From IMG/VR virus record IMGVR_UViG_3300048919_000265: a DNA stretch of 64,000 nucleotides; one strand, given 5' to 3'. Numbering within the stretch: position 1 is the stretch's first letter; every line of letters begins with the position of its first letter. The notes under the pieces were generated by a model, which saw nothing but the letters and a program-made list of their open reading frames with translations, did not search any database and had not been told where the DNA came from. Positions 47,304-55,973 of this stretch are shown in pieces. Source of the stretch: a virus. The position numbers and the translations under genes were made by a program.

Positions 47304-48507
47304 ACTTAGCCATATCTGATAACTCCTGTTGCGTTAAGGTACTTATCTTACCAAACTGAGACTGTTGCCTAAGAGCTTGCGTACTTTTAAATTTAGCGGA
47401 AGCCTCCGCATTTTGCGTGACAGCATTAACTTTGCTGTCAGTTATGATGCTGCCCACACTCTTCCCATTCAATACCTGGTGCATCTTAATCACAGCCAGT
47501 TTAAAATCAGCTTCGGTGCATTTATTTACATCTAGTGATCCTACAATTCCAGCTAACTTATAGATAACGGAATCCTCTAAAACTTCTTGAATCGAATTTT
47601 TATCCTCCTTAGAAAATTCAGACCCCGATCCACCATACACTAATAAAACAGTGTTCACCATAAAATCTTTAAATTGTATTATAACTGTATCCAAACTGTG
47701 TACAGATAACAAACTTTCAAGCGACTTAGCAGTAGCGTACATACCTTCTCGCATACTCCGATACAAGTCAATAAAAACTTCATTAGATATAAAACCTAAA
47801 TATTTACGTAATTCTTCTTCATTCGGTTTATTTTTAATGCTAAACTCAAGAAGATCAACTAAGTTCCTTGGGATCCCTGCCGCAGACTTTATTAACATCT
47901 CTTCTGTTTCTTTATTAGTTTTGGTAATCCCTAACCGTAACAGTGTCTTATCAAACAAAAACTTAGCTTCTGTCCTATTCAAGCGGGTGAATCTATAGGT
48001 AGCACCCATCGCTCGACTTCTTAATTCTGGCAAAAGTTTATGTTCCTTAGTAGTCGTTACCAGCACTTTAGTGCTATCGTCCAAACGATCAATATGCTCT
48101 AGAAATGGTAATTGCTCGTTTTGCCCTAACGCATGAAATTCTTCCAAAATATACACGTTATAACCATAACTACCTTGCAATGTGAATATTTCTTTTATAA
48201 CATCGTTAATGTCCTTCTTACTATCTAACTTAGCCATATTAATCTTAACCAAGTTCATTGATCTGCCTGTAGAATTGATAGCTCTAACATTAGCTTTACA
48301 ACTATCACACTCTAAGCAAGGCTCATTGTTTTTCAGATTGGTGCACGTTAAATACAAGCCTGTGATATCTGCACAAGAAGACTTACCAGTGCCCATCACT
48401 CCTGAAAAAATAGCGAAACTTTTTAGGGTCTTAAGTTCCAATGAGCGTTGTAACAATGCAATAACTGCCACATTTCCTACAAGTTGTGAGAATTTTGTTA
48501 ATCGCAT
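47275..48507 (-). CDS. dnaX: DNA polymerase III gamma/tau-like clamp-loader subunit
   Basis: FSQLVGN, FSGVMGTGKSS (Walker A), C-x7-PC.EC.SC Zn motif, YILEEFH (Walker B), LRSR sensor. Confidence 0.9.
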   Translation of the reverse strand: MRLTKFSQLVGNVAVIALLQRSLELKTLKSFAIFSGVMGTGKSSCADITGLYLTCTNLKNNEPCLECDSCKANVRAINSTGRSMNLVKINMAKLDSKKDINDVIKEIFTLQGSYGYNVYILEEFHALGQNEQLPFLEHIDRLDDSTKVLVTTTKEHKLLPELRSRAMGATYRFTRLNRTEAKFLFDKTLLRLGITKTNKETEEMLIKSAAGIPRNLVDLLEFSIKNKPNEEELRKYLGFISNEVFIDLYRSMREGMYATAKSLESLLSVHSLDTVIIQFKDFMVNTVLLVYGGSGSEFSKEDKNSIQEVLEDSVIYKLAGIVGSLDVNKCTEADFKLAVIKMHQVLNGKSVGSIITDSKVNAVTQNAEASAKFKSTQALRQQSQFGKISTLTQQELSDMAKFGKEARDEN

Positions 48508-48530
48508 AAATAACTCTCCTTAAATGAAAT

Positions 48531-48559
48531 ATAGCGGTGGGGATAATCCCCACCGCTAT
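48531..48559 (-). terminator. Probable intrinsic terminator after the high-expression gene
   Basis: 12-bp perfect stem ATAGCGGTGGGG/CCCCACCGCTAT, followed on the minus strand by ATTTCATTT; 26 nt after the stop at 48586. Confidence 0.75.
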
Positions 48560-48585
48560 TTGAGTACACAGCCGTATTGCTTCTA

Positions 48586-50031
48586 TTATTGAGCAACGCG
48601 AGCGGCAGCGCGAATATCAGTAATCGAGTTTTCGATTTGTTTGAAATCAACATTAGTATCAGCGAAAGTAATATCGCTTTCATCCAGTTGATGTTGTGCC
48701 AAACCAAGACGCAGGCGAATCAATTGCTCATTGCTTACGAAGTTAGCTGGTTTCTTAGTTGTAGTACGACGAGTAAGTTCACGCAGACGTTCAACAGTCA
48801 AAGCACCATTAGAAGCATCAACAATTGTTTTGAACGCTGGATTATTCAAAGATGCCAATTTGCTCAGCTCAGGATCGTTCAACACGCGTTCGTCAGTAGT
48901 GAGAACTGTTTTGAAACGTGGATTGCCCATAACTCCTGCAGCATTTGGTTTAGCTTCCTTAACAGGAATAGCGATATCGGAAAGAGGCTCTCCTTCTTTT
49001 GCATCGAAGAAAGGACGAACAGTAATTTGCTCGCGCTCATTGATGTTACGTGCAAAGAAAGTAGAAGTAATCTTACCTTCTGCATCAACACTTACCTTGT
49101 TTGCATCTTCAGGAGCCAACAGACTGTATTTACTCTTGTCGTCTCGGTTCTTGCGACCATGAACCAAATTGTGGAAAGCAGAAACATTCAGCTTCTCAAT
49201 TTGCGTTTCGTCCAGCGGTTGGTTGTAGTTAATTGTTTCATAAGTGCGCAGTGGGAAATAGTTAGAATCAATAAACAAACTACGACGTTTGCTAGTTTTC
49301 AACAATGGAACAACCACTTGTTGACCTGTAGGTTGACCATCTTTAGTTTTGTAACGAACAGTAGCTTTTTGTGTTACCACACCAGCAGCTGCTCCACCAT
49401 GAGTAAGTTCGCTTTCTGCAATCTCACTACCAAAATACAAGTCGAGGATTGTAGGATACAGTTCTTTAGACAATACTTGCGTAACCAGAGTACGATTAGA
49501 CTCATCAGCTTGAAGGCGACCTGGTTTCAAGAAGTCTGTCATTTCAACGATACCCCCAGCTGGGATAGTCAAAACCAAACCTTGGATTTTACCAGGCTTA
49601 GCTTGACGAACGTTAATACGAGTCTCAGTTTGTAGATACTTCTTAGCAACTTTTTCGCCTTGTTCATGCGCCTGTTGCACTTCTGCTGGAGCTGTAGCAC
49701 TAACTACAACTTTACCATTTTCCAAACGAGGTTCTGCTGTCGTTATGAACTCAATACGTTTGTCGGTAGCAGTAATGTAACCAATCAAACGACCTTCAGT
49801 GCGATTAAACTTTTGCAGAGAATAAGCGTCTGCAGCTTCCATTTCAGAAATTTGAGAAGAAATTTCAGCACGCAATCCAGATGGTTTACTTTCAGTTGTG
49901 CTAGGCTCTTCGTTAAACGCATTCATTGCAGTGGGTGCTGCATTACCTTCAGTCAAACCTTGCTGCAAATCCTCCAAACCTGTTGAACTCAATTCTGCCA
50001 AACCTTCCAAACCCTTCAAACCGTCTCCCAT
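48586..50031 (-). CDS. Unknown 481-aa protein with strongly high-expression codon usage (starts MGDGLKGLEG)
   Basis: Internal ATG 50029-50031 with AAGGAG 9 nt upstream and an A-rich leader; CGT/TTC/GGT/GCT/ACT-rich; followed by a strong hairpin. Confidence 0.8.
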   Translation of the reverse strand: MGDGLKGLEGLAELSSTGLEDLQQGLTEGNAAPTAMNAFNEEPSTTESKPSGLRAEISSQISEMEAADAYSLQKFNRTEGRLIGYITATDKRIEFITTAEPRLENGKVVVSATAPAEVQQAHEQGEKVAKKYLQTETRINVRQAKPGKIQGLVLTIPAGGIVEMTDFLKPGRLQADESNRTLVTQVLSKELYPTILDLYFGSEIAESELTHGGAAAGVVTQKATVRYKTKDGQPTGQQVVVPLLKTSKRRSLFIDSNYFPLRTYETINYNQPLDETQIEKLNVSAFHNLVHGRKNRDDKSKYSLLAPEDANKVSVDAEGKITSTFFARNINEREQITVRPFFDAKEGEPLSDIAIPVKEAKPNAAGVMGNPRFKTVLTTDERVLNDPELSKLASLNNPAFKTIVDASNGALTVERLRELTRRTTTKKPANFVSNEQLIRLRLGLAQHQLDESDITFADTNVDFKQIENSITDIRAAARVAQ

Positions 50032-50412
50032 TACTTTCAGCTCCTTAGCTATTTCTTTTGTTTTGTTAATTTTTCCTGCAGGATATAACTTTTCAATATA
50101 TTCAACACCCGAGAATTGATCTTTACCATTCCATTCCCGAATATTGAACTTTCTTCTGCGAATCTGTTTGGCAACAAGAACTCCATCACTAGAAACTATG
50201 TGTGCTTTATCAATATCAGTCACACTATCTAAGGGCCGGTCACTTGCTACCCATTTCGCACCATCAATAACAATGGGGACTGCAACCTGTAACTTCTCCT
50301 CAGAACTCAACTCCCTGAATTTTGACAACTCAAGAGTGTACTTCAAGTCCATCTCATGAAGAGTCCGCAGTTCACTGTGCTGCATCATAAACTCCATCGT
50401 AATTTCAGTCAC
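50032..50412 (-). CDS. 127-codon upstream segment (MTEITMEF...), in frame with the 481-aa protein; either an N-terminal extension or a separate gene
   Basis: GTG start with G-rich RBS; ordinary codon usage (AGA, CGG); one extra A in the A5 run at ~50070-50074 would create a TAA stop. Confidence 0.55.
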
Positions 50413-50487
50413 TAGTTAATACCACCACCCCCACGTATATTCATCATGAGATAATCAGCCACTGTCTTAAAATACGGTATTGCGTTC

Positions 50488-50515
50488 CTGGCTGTGATTC
50501 GACAATCACAGCCAG
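50488..50515 (-). terminator. 12-bp perfect hairpin directly after the alpha-subunit gene, no U tract
   Basis: CTGGCTGTGATT-CGAC-AATCACAGCCAG. Confidence 0.5.
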
Positions 50516-50522
50516 AAAATTG

Positions 50523-51218
50523 CTATTCCTCAAGAGAGAGCTCAAAACCTTGATTAACTTCTTCCTCCTCTCTATAGAACTCCGGATCTTTCTGAGAAAT
50601 CCTAGATTGAACCATAGAAACATTTTTAAGCAAAAGACTCAAACTATCCTCAAGCAAACTCATTTCATCTGCTGTATCAGAGTCGACACAAAGGATCAGC
50701 CATTCATCCAACAGAGAAGCTTCTTTAATATCGAAAGTGAAGTTACGTACATTAGTATGGCGCGAATTAAACACCATGTAATCCTCCCTACGTTCTCCAC
50801 TTTCTATTAAGAAATCAGCGTTGCTAGCATGATCCATTTCGCCAGAAGCTTTTCTAAACACAATAGTAAGTGTAACAGCACGATCCTCTAATGATGTCAT
50901 AATAACACTATCTGGACCAGACACTACAAAATTATCAGACATCATTTCGCTACTTCTAAGACTCTTAGTGAAAGTAAACTTCTCCTTAATGAAATTTCCT
51001 TCAAGTCCTTCAGTGGGCACGTACCTTAAAGATGTAACACCTGCCATAATGCTAGGCATATCTTCGGGAATCTCAGCAGTTGTATGCACCGTATTAAACT
51101 TCCTATCTAGTGAAATTGCAATAGGTACCCAAGCCGATAATCTTGACATAGCTATTTGTCGTAATGCATTGCCTACAGCTACACCCACTCCTTTAGGCAA
51201 TCGTACTTCGAGTTTCAT
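50523..51218 (-). CDS. rpoA: RNA polymerase alpha subunit, N-terminal assembly domain only (no CTD), 231 aa
   Basis: LPKGVGVAVGNALRQIAMS aligns with E. coli LERGFGHTLGNALRRILLS; IPEDMPSIM aligns with VQEDILEIL; later FNSRHTNVRNFTFDI...EWLILCVDSD aligns with DSIYTPVSRVSYQV...DKLTLDVWTD. Confidence 0.85.
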   Translation of the reverse strand: MKLEVRLPKGVGVAVGNALRQIAMSRLSAWVPIAISLDRKFNTVHTTAEIPEDMPSIMAGVTSLRYVPTEGLEGNFIKEKFTFTKSLRSSEMMSDNFVVSGPDSVIMTSLEDRAVTLTIVFRKASGEMDHASNADFLIESGERREDYMVFNSRHTNVRNFTFDIKEASLLDEWLILCVDSDTADEMSLLEDSLSLLLKNVSMVQSRISQKDPEFYREEEEVNQGFELSLEE

Positions 51219-51775
51219 TATACCACCTCTACAATGTAAGTTTCTTCGCTGTTGTTACCAAAATACAATAAGATAGAAGCAAGAGCAAGCAAATCATTAG
51301 CTTCTAAACGTTCCAATTCTTCATAATTAAACTGGGCGAAAACCCCAATACTAAACCCATCTGTGCTATCTCCATTCTCAAGCACTCCCTTAAGTTCCGC
51401 TACAATATCCTGCAAAACTAATTGCTTCTTTGGTATCTTAGACTCTCTTCCCAAAGAAGTCTCAATTTTAATACAAGGACTGATATCTAACTCTGTACGC
51501 AAAACGTTACACAACATATTAGCCATGTCTTGATAAAAATACTTTAACACCAACGAACACTCGTACAGAAACTGATCTTTACCTCTCAAGTAATCCAATG
51601 CTTTTTTATACACAAATATATCTCGCCCGTACAGATCAGAAACTATTTGCAGATGCAATTGGCTTTTTACATAATTTTCAAAGGTAAACGTCAGATCTCT
51701 GTTGAAAAAGTGCATGTGTATAGGCTTGACGCCACTAACAATAAACATCATAAACTGACTGTACGGAACTATCAT
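51218..51775 (-). CDS. Hypothetical protein, 185 aa
   Basis: ORF track; TAATG coupling on both sides. Confidence 0.75.
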   Translation of the reverse strand: MIVPYSQFMMFIVSGVKPIHMHFFNRDLTFTFENYVKSQLHLQIVSDLYGRDIFVYKKALDYLRGKDQFLYECSLVLKYFYQDMANMLCNVLRTELDISPCIKIETSLGRESKIPKKQLVLQDIVAELKGVLENGDSTDGFSIGVFAQFNYEELERLEANDLLALASILLYFGNNSEETYIVEVV

Positions 51776-52821
51776 CAGAACTCCCTCAAATTCAGTAATT
51801 CATTTTTTACAACCTTTTCTTGATCAAAAGATAGATTGCGATCTGCAGCAAACTCACCACTCTTTAGTTCCCAAGCCCGACGCCGTAAATCTTCAATCTC
51901 TTCTTCCAAGGCTGGTAATTTCGACTCTCTGATTGTCTTTAGACTGGCATAATCGTTAGTCAATGACAATATCTTAGCAAGTCCAAATTTATCAATCTGA
52001 GAGATTGAAGCTCCCGTAAAATCAATACCCTCAGCCATCCTAGGATAAACAAGATTAAGATTGTTCAAAAGAAAGACAGCATCCTCCTTCACTAGCCTAC
52101 CATTATCTAATAATTGTTTTATAAACAACTTAAGGGCTGTGGGATTACGGGTGACATTAACGTTAAAGGTGGACATTCCTTCATTCAGGAAGTTGCAGAA
52201 CTCCTCATACAGAGTTGCACCTTTTAACTTCGTGTGTTCAGAAGAAAATGCATGTACTCTATCCGAACCATCACCACAGAAAACTTTATGTGCAGATATC
52301 GTATTAAACATAATCTTTTTACCACGAACAACACTATAATTAAAATTATGCCAAGTAACTCTATTAACATTACTATTGAGAGGCTCCATTGTGACTTTAC
52401 TATCAACATTATGTGAGATATCATAGTCTGCGGTATAAATGGAAATTTTGCTATATTGATCTCTGTTCTTCTCCACAGCACTAAAGATAAGATCATCCGC
52501 TTCAAAACCCTTTACCTTGTACGCAGGTATTCCACACTGCAACAACCGTTCATACAAAAATTCAGCTTGACTATTTACTACATGAGCACTAGGTCGATTT
52601 CCTTTATAATCAGCACTGATAGTTTTGCGATCAGTACTACTATCAAACATAACAGCAACATCTGCCATATTAGATAAATTCAGAACTAGGGTCTTGAGTA
52701 AGTACTTTACCCCACCTAATGGATAACCATGAGCATAAACTTTGCTATACTCATCTATATTTGTAACAGAATGCAAATAACCATGTGCATCATGTAATGT
52801 TAAGTGTCCCTTCACTACCAT
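51775..52821 (-). CDS. Stand-alone 5'-3' exonuclease / flap endonuclease (Pol I N-terminal type)
   Basis: HDAHG, VMFD, RKTISADYKGNR, GFEADDLI, YTADYD, GDGSD motifs. Confidence 0.9.
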   Translation of the reverse strand: MVVKGHLTLHDAHGYLHSVTNIDEYSKVYAHGYPLGGVKYLLKTLVLNLSNMADVAVMFDSSTDRKTISADYKGNRPSAHVVNSQAEFLYERLLQCGIPAYKVKGFEADDLIFSAVEKNRDQYSKISIYTADYDISHNVDSKVTMEPLNSNVNRVTWHNFNYSVVRGKKIMFNTISAHKVFCGDGSDRVHAFSSEHTKLKGATLYEEFCNFLNEGMSTFNVNVTRNPTALKLFIKQLLDNGRLVKEDAVFLLNNLNLVYPRMAEGIDFTGASISQIDKFGLAKILSLTNDYASLKTIRESKLPALEEEIEDLRRRAWELKSGEFAADRNLSFDQEKVVKNELLNLREF

Positions 52822-52829
52822 TCAACTCC

Positions 52830-54065
52830 TCAAACCGCCGGTGTTATATCCAAACAGAAAGTCTCTATTAAATCAATGACCCTACTAAAGGTAAGATTAT
52901 TCTTTTCAAAATCAGGATCTATGACAGTTCTAGACTCAGAACTGAAACTTAGTTTCTTCAAACTTTCTACTAGTAGTTTACTATTAACCAATGTAAACAT
53001 ACAAAACCCAACATTATGCAACCGGTTAAACACACCTTCAAGTTCTTCTTTTCCCAAGATAATACCTTCCTCTTCCGGAAAAAGCTGAGCACACAAAAAT
53101 TCATAATCATTATCTAACCTAAACAGTTTGTAATACAATTGAGTTATTTCCTCGGCCACACCTGAATCAATAACCCCTCTACCTAAAAGAGTTTGCATAA
53201 TGTCCACAAATTCTTTGCTCTGGTCATCAAACAAATCACTTAAATATTGCACCTTTTCTGGAATCTCTGATAGATCTAACTTTACTGTACTTAAGCCCAT
53301 ACTAGATATTAAATACTTCTTAAAGTCTATACCACCGATAGCATCAGAAACAGTAAAAATGCTAGAACTTTTGGTTTGTTCTGTGTTGGGATAGTGAAGC
53401 CTTAATATCTCAACACCTTCCAATCCCACATTCCTTAATTGTGCCTTATTTGCCCCTGTTGCAGAGAACATTCTTTCTACCACACTTAATAAAAATCCAG
53501 GACCGAGACTTGCGATTCTGTGTAGCTTTTCACCAAACACACTGATTTCTTTAAAACTGTTTAATTTTATTAAACGTATATATGTCTTCAACACAGATTT
53601 ATAATACTGCTTATAATGCAGCAAAATCTTCAACTCATAATCCCCAAGAGTAACAACTCCAGGACTACCATCAAACTTCCTAAAACTGTTGACAACTGTT
53701 TTAGTACTATTGCTGGTTTCCGCAATATGTTCAATATCTTTTTCGATTCTACTCATTAACTCCTGCTTTTGCTCATCCGTCAATCCTTCGATATCACATT
53801 TATAACTCCGCTTTAATGGCTCAACTGCATTAGATTTGATTAAGTCAATTTGTCTACTCAGCTTTCTTATTTCCGGAGAAGCATACTGTACTTCTATCTG
53901 GGTGTCCAAAAATTCTGCTAAATATTGTAACTCAGATTTAAATTTTTGTAAACCCTTGCCATCTAAAGGATTGTTCATGACAGAAGACAATCGGACGACA
54001 CTGGAGTTATTTAACTCTAAAAGGGCTGCAGTTGCTCCTGTCACCCCGAAAAATTCTCCTAGCAC
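52830..54065 (-). CDS. Hypothetical protein, 411 aa
   Basis: Long ORF coupled to the partition pair; no recognised motif. Confidence 0.8.
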   Translation of the reverse strand: MLGEFFGVTGATAALLELNNSSVVRLSSVMNNPLDGKGLQKFKSELQYLAEFLDTQIEVQYASPEIRKLSRQIDLIKSNAVEPLKRSYKCDIEGLTDEQKQELMSRIEKDIEHIAETSNSTKTVVNSFRKFDGSPGVVTLGDYELKILLHYKQYYKSVLKTYIRLIKLNSFKEISVFGEKLHRIASLGPGFLLSVVERMFSATGANKAQLRNVGLEGVEILRLHYPNTEQTKSSSIFTVSDAIGGIDFKKYLISSMGLSTVKLDLSEIPEKVQYLSDLFDDQSKEFVDIMQTLLGRGVIDSGVAEEITQLYYKLFRLDNDYEFLCAQLFPEEEGIILGKEELEGVFNRLHNVGFCMFTLVNSKLLVESLKKLSFSSESRTVIDPDFEKNNLTFSRVIDLIETFCLDITPAV

Positions 54066-54481
54066 TACTTTTTCCCCCTACTCTTACTCATCTTTTTCAG
54101 TATAGCCAGCTGATCTTTCTTCATATTTTTAGGGTCCACAGACACCTTTTTAACGACTGGAGCAGAAATTAGATCCTCATCCTTATCTATACGGATTGCA
54201 GGAGTAGGGGAATAATTCCCTACTCCTGCGCTGAGCATTGCTTCTATAGTTCGTTGTAAAGAGCCTATAGTGTTATTAAGCATCTCTATAGTTTGTCCAG
54301 AACTCGCAACAGAGTTTCTCAAACTTTCGAATTCCGACGCTGCAATCCCACTAGCTCTCTCATTAAATAGATCCGAGATATACTCTGACAGTAATCCATC
54401 ATCACTATAACGAGCGTATGCATCCTCAGCTTCCTTTGAGACAAGGATAAGTGTGAGATCAACTTTAACTTCGCGGCCCAT
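54065..54481 (-). CDS. Putative ParR-like DNA-binding adaptor, 138 aa
   Basis: Directly downstream of the ParM-like gene; N-terminal beta strand plus two helices (RHH-like), coiled coil, basic tail. Confidence 0.5.
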   Translation of the reverse strand: MGREVKVDLTLILVSKEAEDAYARYSDDGLLSEYISDLFNERASGIAASEFESLRNSVASSGQTIEMLNNTIGSLQRTIEAMLSAGVGNYSPTPAIRIDKDEDLISAPVVKKVSVDPKNMKKDQLAILKKMSKSRGKK

Positions 54482-54495
54482 ACTTATCCCCCTAA

Positions 54496-55899
54496 TCAGT
54501 TGTTAGTGCCAGCCTCTTTAATGATGCTAGCTTGCAAAGACGCATTAGCTTCTGCCACATCTTCCAATTCAACTAATTCAGAAAGCTCAGATGTAGCAGC
54601 TACCTCATCCAATTCTTCCTCGAACTCCGAAAATTCAATAATTCCTTCAATAACCAACCCTGCAGGGATTTGATTACCTGTAATATGAACGAACTCTGTA
54701 TTTGGTGTCAGTTCTTTGAATCGTTCAGCAAGATAATCGGCAATACTAATCCCATTAGGATACGCATCCGGCTCAGATTCTTCAATCGGAACTTCTGTTT
54801 CAATTGGAGAAAGATAAGTTCGACCAAACAAACGACCACTAATACTTACAGTATTCAAATCTCTAATACCGACTTCCGTTTGAGTATCAAACACTTTATC
54901 AATTAGATCATCAACAATACGGTAAGCAAATGTTCTCTTAACCTGCTCGATCAAAGGCATTACACTAATTAGGCTTCCGCCGTCCTTAATTCTACCAGTT
55001 CTCAAAGCATTTTCAAGTACACCAAGTCCTAAGTCCCCACCGCCGTATTTGTCAACATACAAACGGTTAAGTTCTTCTCGAAGTTGCTTGCCTCCGTACT
55101 TCAAGGTTTTTTGAGCCGTAGAAAGACTAATACCGTCATTCAGTATTTCAGCACCTATGCTTCTGCCCCCACCTTCAATATGTAAGGTACTTTCTGGAGT
55201 CTCTTCCTCCCCCATCGCATAGTACGCTTTAATTGCAGCTTCAGGTTCAGTTCTGGTAATAATAGCCTTAAAAGAAAAATCAATGTGAACACCAGAAGGA
55301 ATGTGTAACCATTTATAAGACTGCAAATTATGCCGCAAACCCTTCAAATTAGTTTCATTCAAATCATCCGGTGGTAACGCGACCGACAAATAAACTTCAA
55401 CTTCAGTTGGGATCTCGCCTTCATACTTTTGACAAGTACCAATCCCCATCATATCCAACAAGTTATAATAAAATGTAGCATCTTGGCTTTTTTGTGTTGT
55501 AGACTTAAGTCTATTCTCTTTGAGCTCCACATCAGTAGCTTTAATACCTCTCACAAGACGTACATTCTCAAACAACACTTCCCCGTCGATGCTTGTATTC
55601 ACAATACGGGAATCCAAATTATCATAAATAAAATCACCTTTAGGTGCAATAGCTCTATTATCTGGCACCGTTTTAGAAGCAGAAGGAATTGCATAAACAA
55701 CCGAAAGCTCTTCTAGAAAATTCCCAATTTGATCGAAATCCAGAATAGTCACACGAAATTGTGTAGATCCTCCATCTAAACCCGCGATAACACGAACCTT
55801 CCGTCCTTCTTTATTCTTAAAATTAATTACTCGATGCAGCTTCTCTTCCCCGGGTTCTACTGGAATCTTCCGAGAAGTAGCTTTCTTCAACAAATCCAT
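54496..55899 (-). CDS. parM: ParM/StbA-family actin-like ATPase with acidic C-terminal tail
   Basis: GLDGGST (phosphate 1), LSVALPP, EPEAA, HIEGGGRS (phosphate 2), YGG, ISG. Confidence 0.85.
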   Translation of the reverse strand: MDLLKKATSRKIPVEPGEEKLHRVINFKNKEGRKVRVIAGLDGGSTQFRVTILDFDQIGNFLEELSVVYAIPSASKTVPDNRAIAPKGDFIYDNLDSRIVNTSIDGEVLFENVRLVRGIKATDVELKENRLKSTTQKSQDATFYYNLLDMMGIGTCQKYEGEIPTEVEVYLSVALPPDDLNETNLKGLRHNLQSYKWLHIPSGVHIDFSFKAIITRTEPEAAIKAYYAMGEEETPESTLHIEGGGRSIGAEILNDGISLSTAQKTLKYGGKQLREELNRLYVDKYGGGDLGLGVLENALRTGRIKDGGSLISVMPLIEQVKRTFAYRIVDDLIDKVFDTQTEVGIRDLNTVSISGRLFGRTYLSPIETEVPIEESEPDAYPNGISIADYLAERFKELTPNTEFVHITGNQIPAGLVIEGIIEFSEFEEELDEVAATSELSELVELEDVAEANASLQASIIKEAGTNN

Positions 55900-55914
55900 G
55901 ATTGAAACCTCCTA

Positions 55915-55945
55915 CTATTTTCTATGTTATAATAGCTTTTAGAAG
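55915..55945 (-). promoter_or_regulatory. Putative promoter of the partition operon
   Basis: Minus strand CTAAAAGC-TATTATAACATAG: a -10-like AT box plus an AACATA variant 23 nt before the ATG; RBS AGGAGG. Confidence 0.35.
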
Positions 55946-55973
55946 CCTGCCTAAAGGGTTAAAAGTTTCAGAC

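Noticed and set aside
48577-49635. 352-aa plus-strand ORF
   Set aside because: Exact antisense shadow of the codon-biased 481-aa gene; no RBS and an unnatural composition. Biased genes avoid TTA/CTA/TCA and so leave the antisense frame open.
54496-55899. Actin-like ATPase as PilM of the adjacent pilus cluster
   Set aside because: Motifs (LSVALPP, EPEAA, GGGRS) are ParM/StbA-like, it has its own upstream intergenic region, and it is followed by a small adaptor-like gene.
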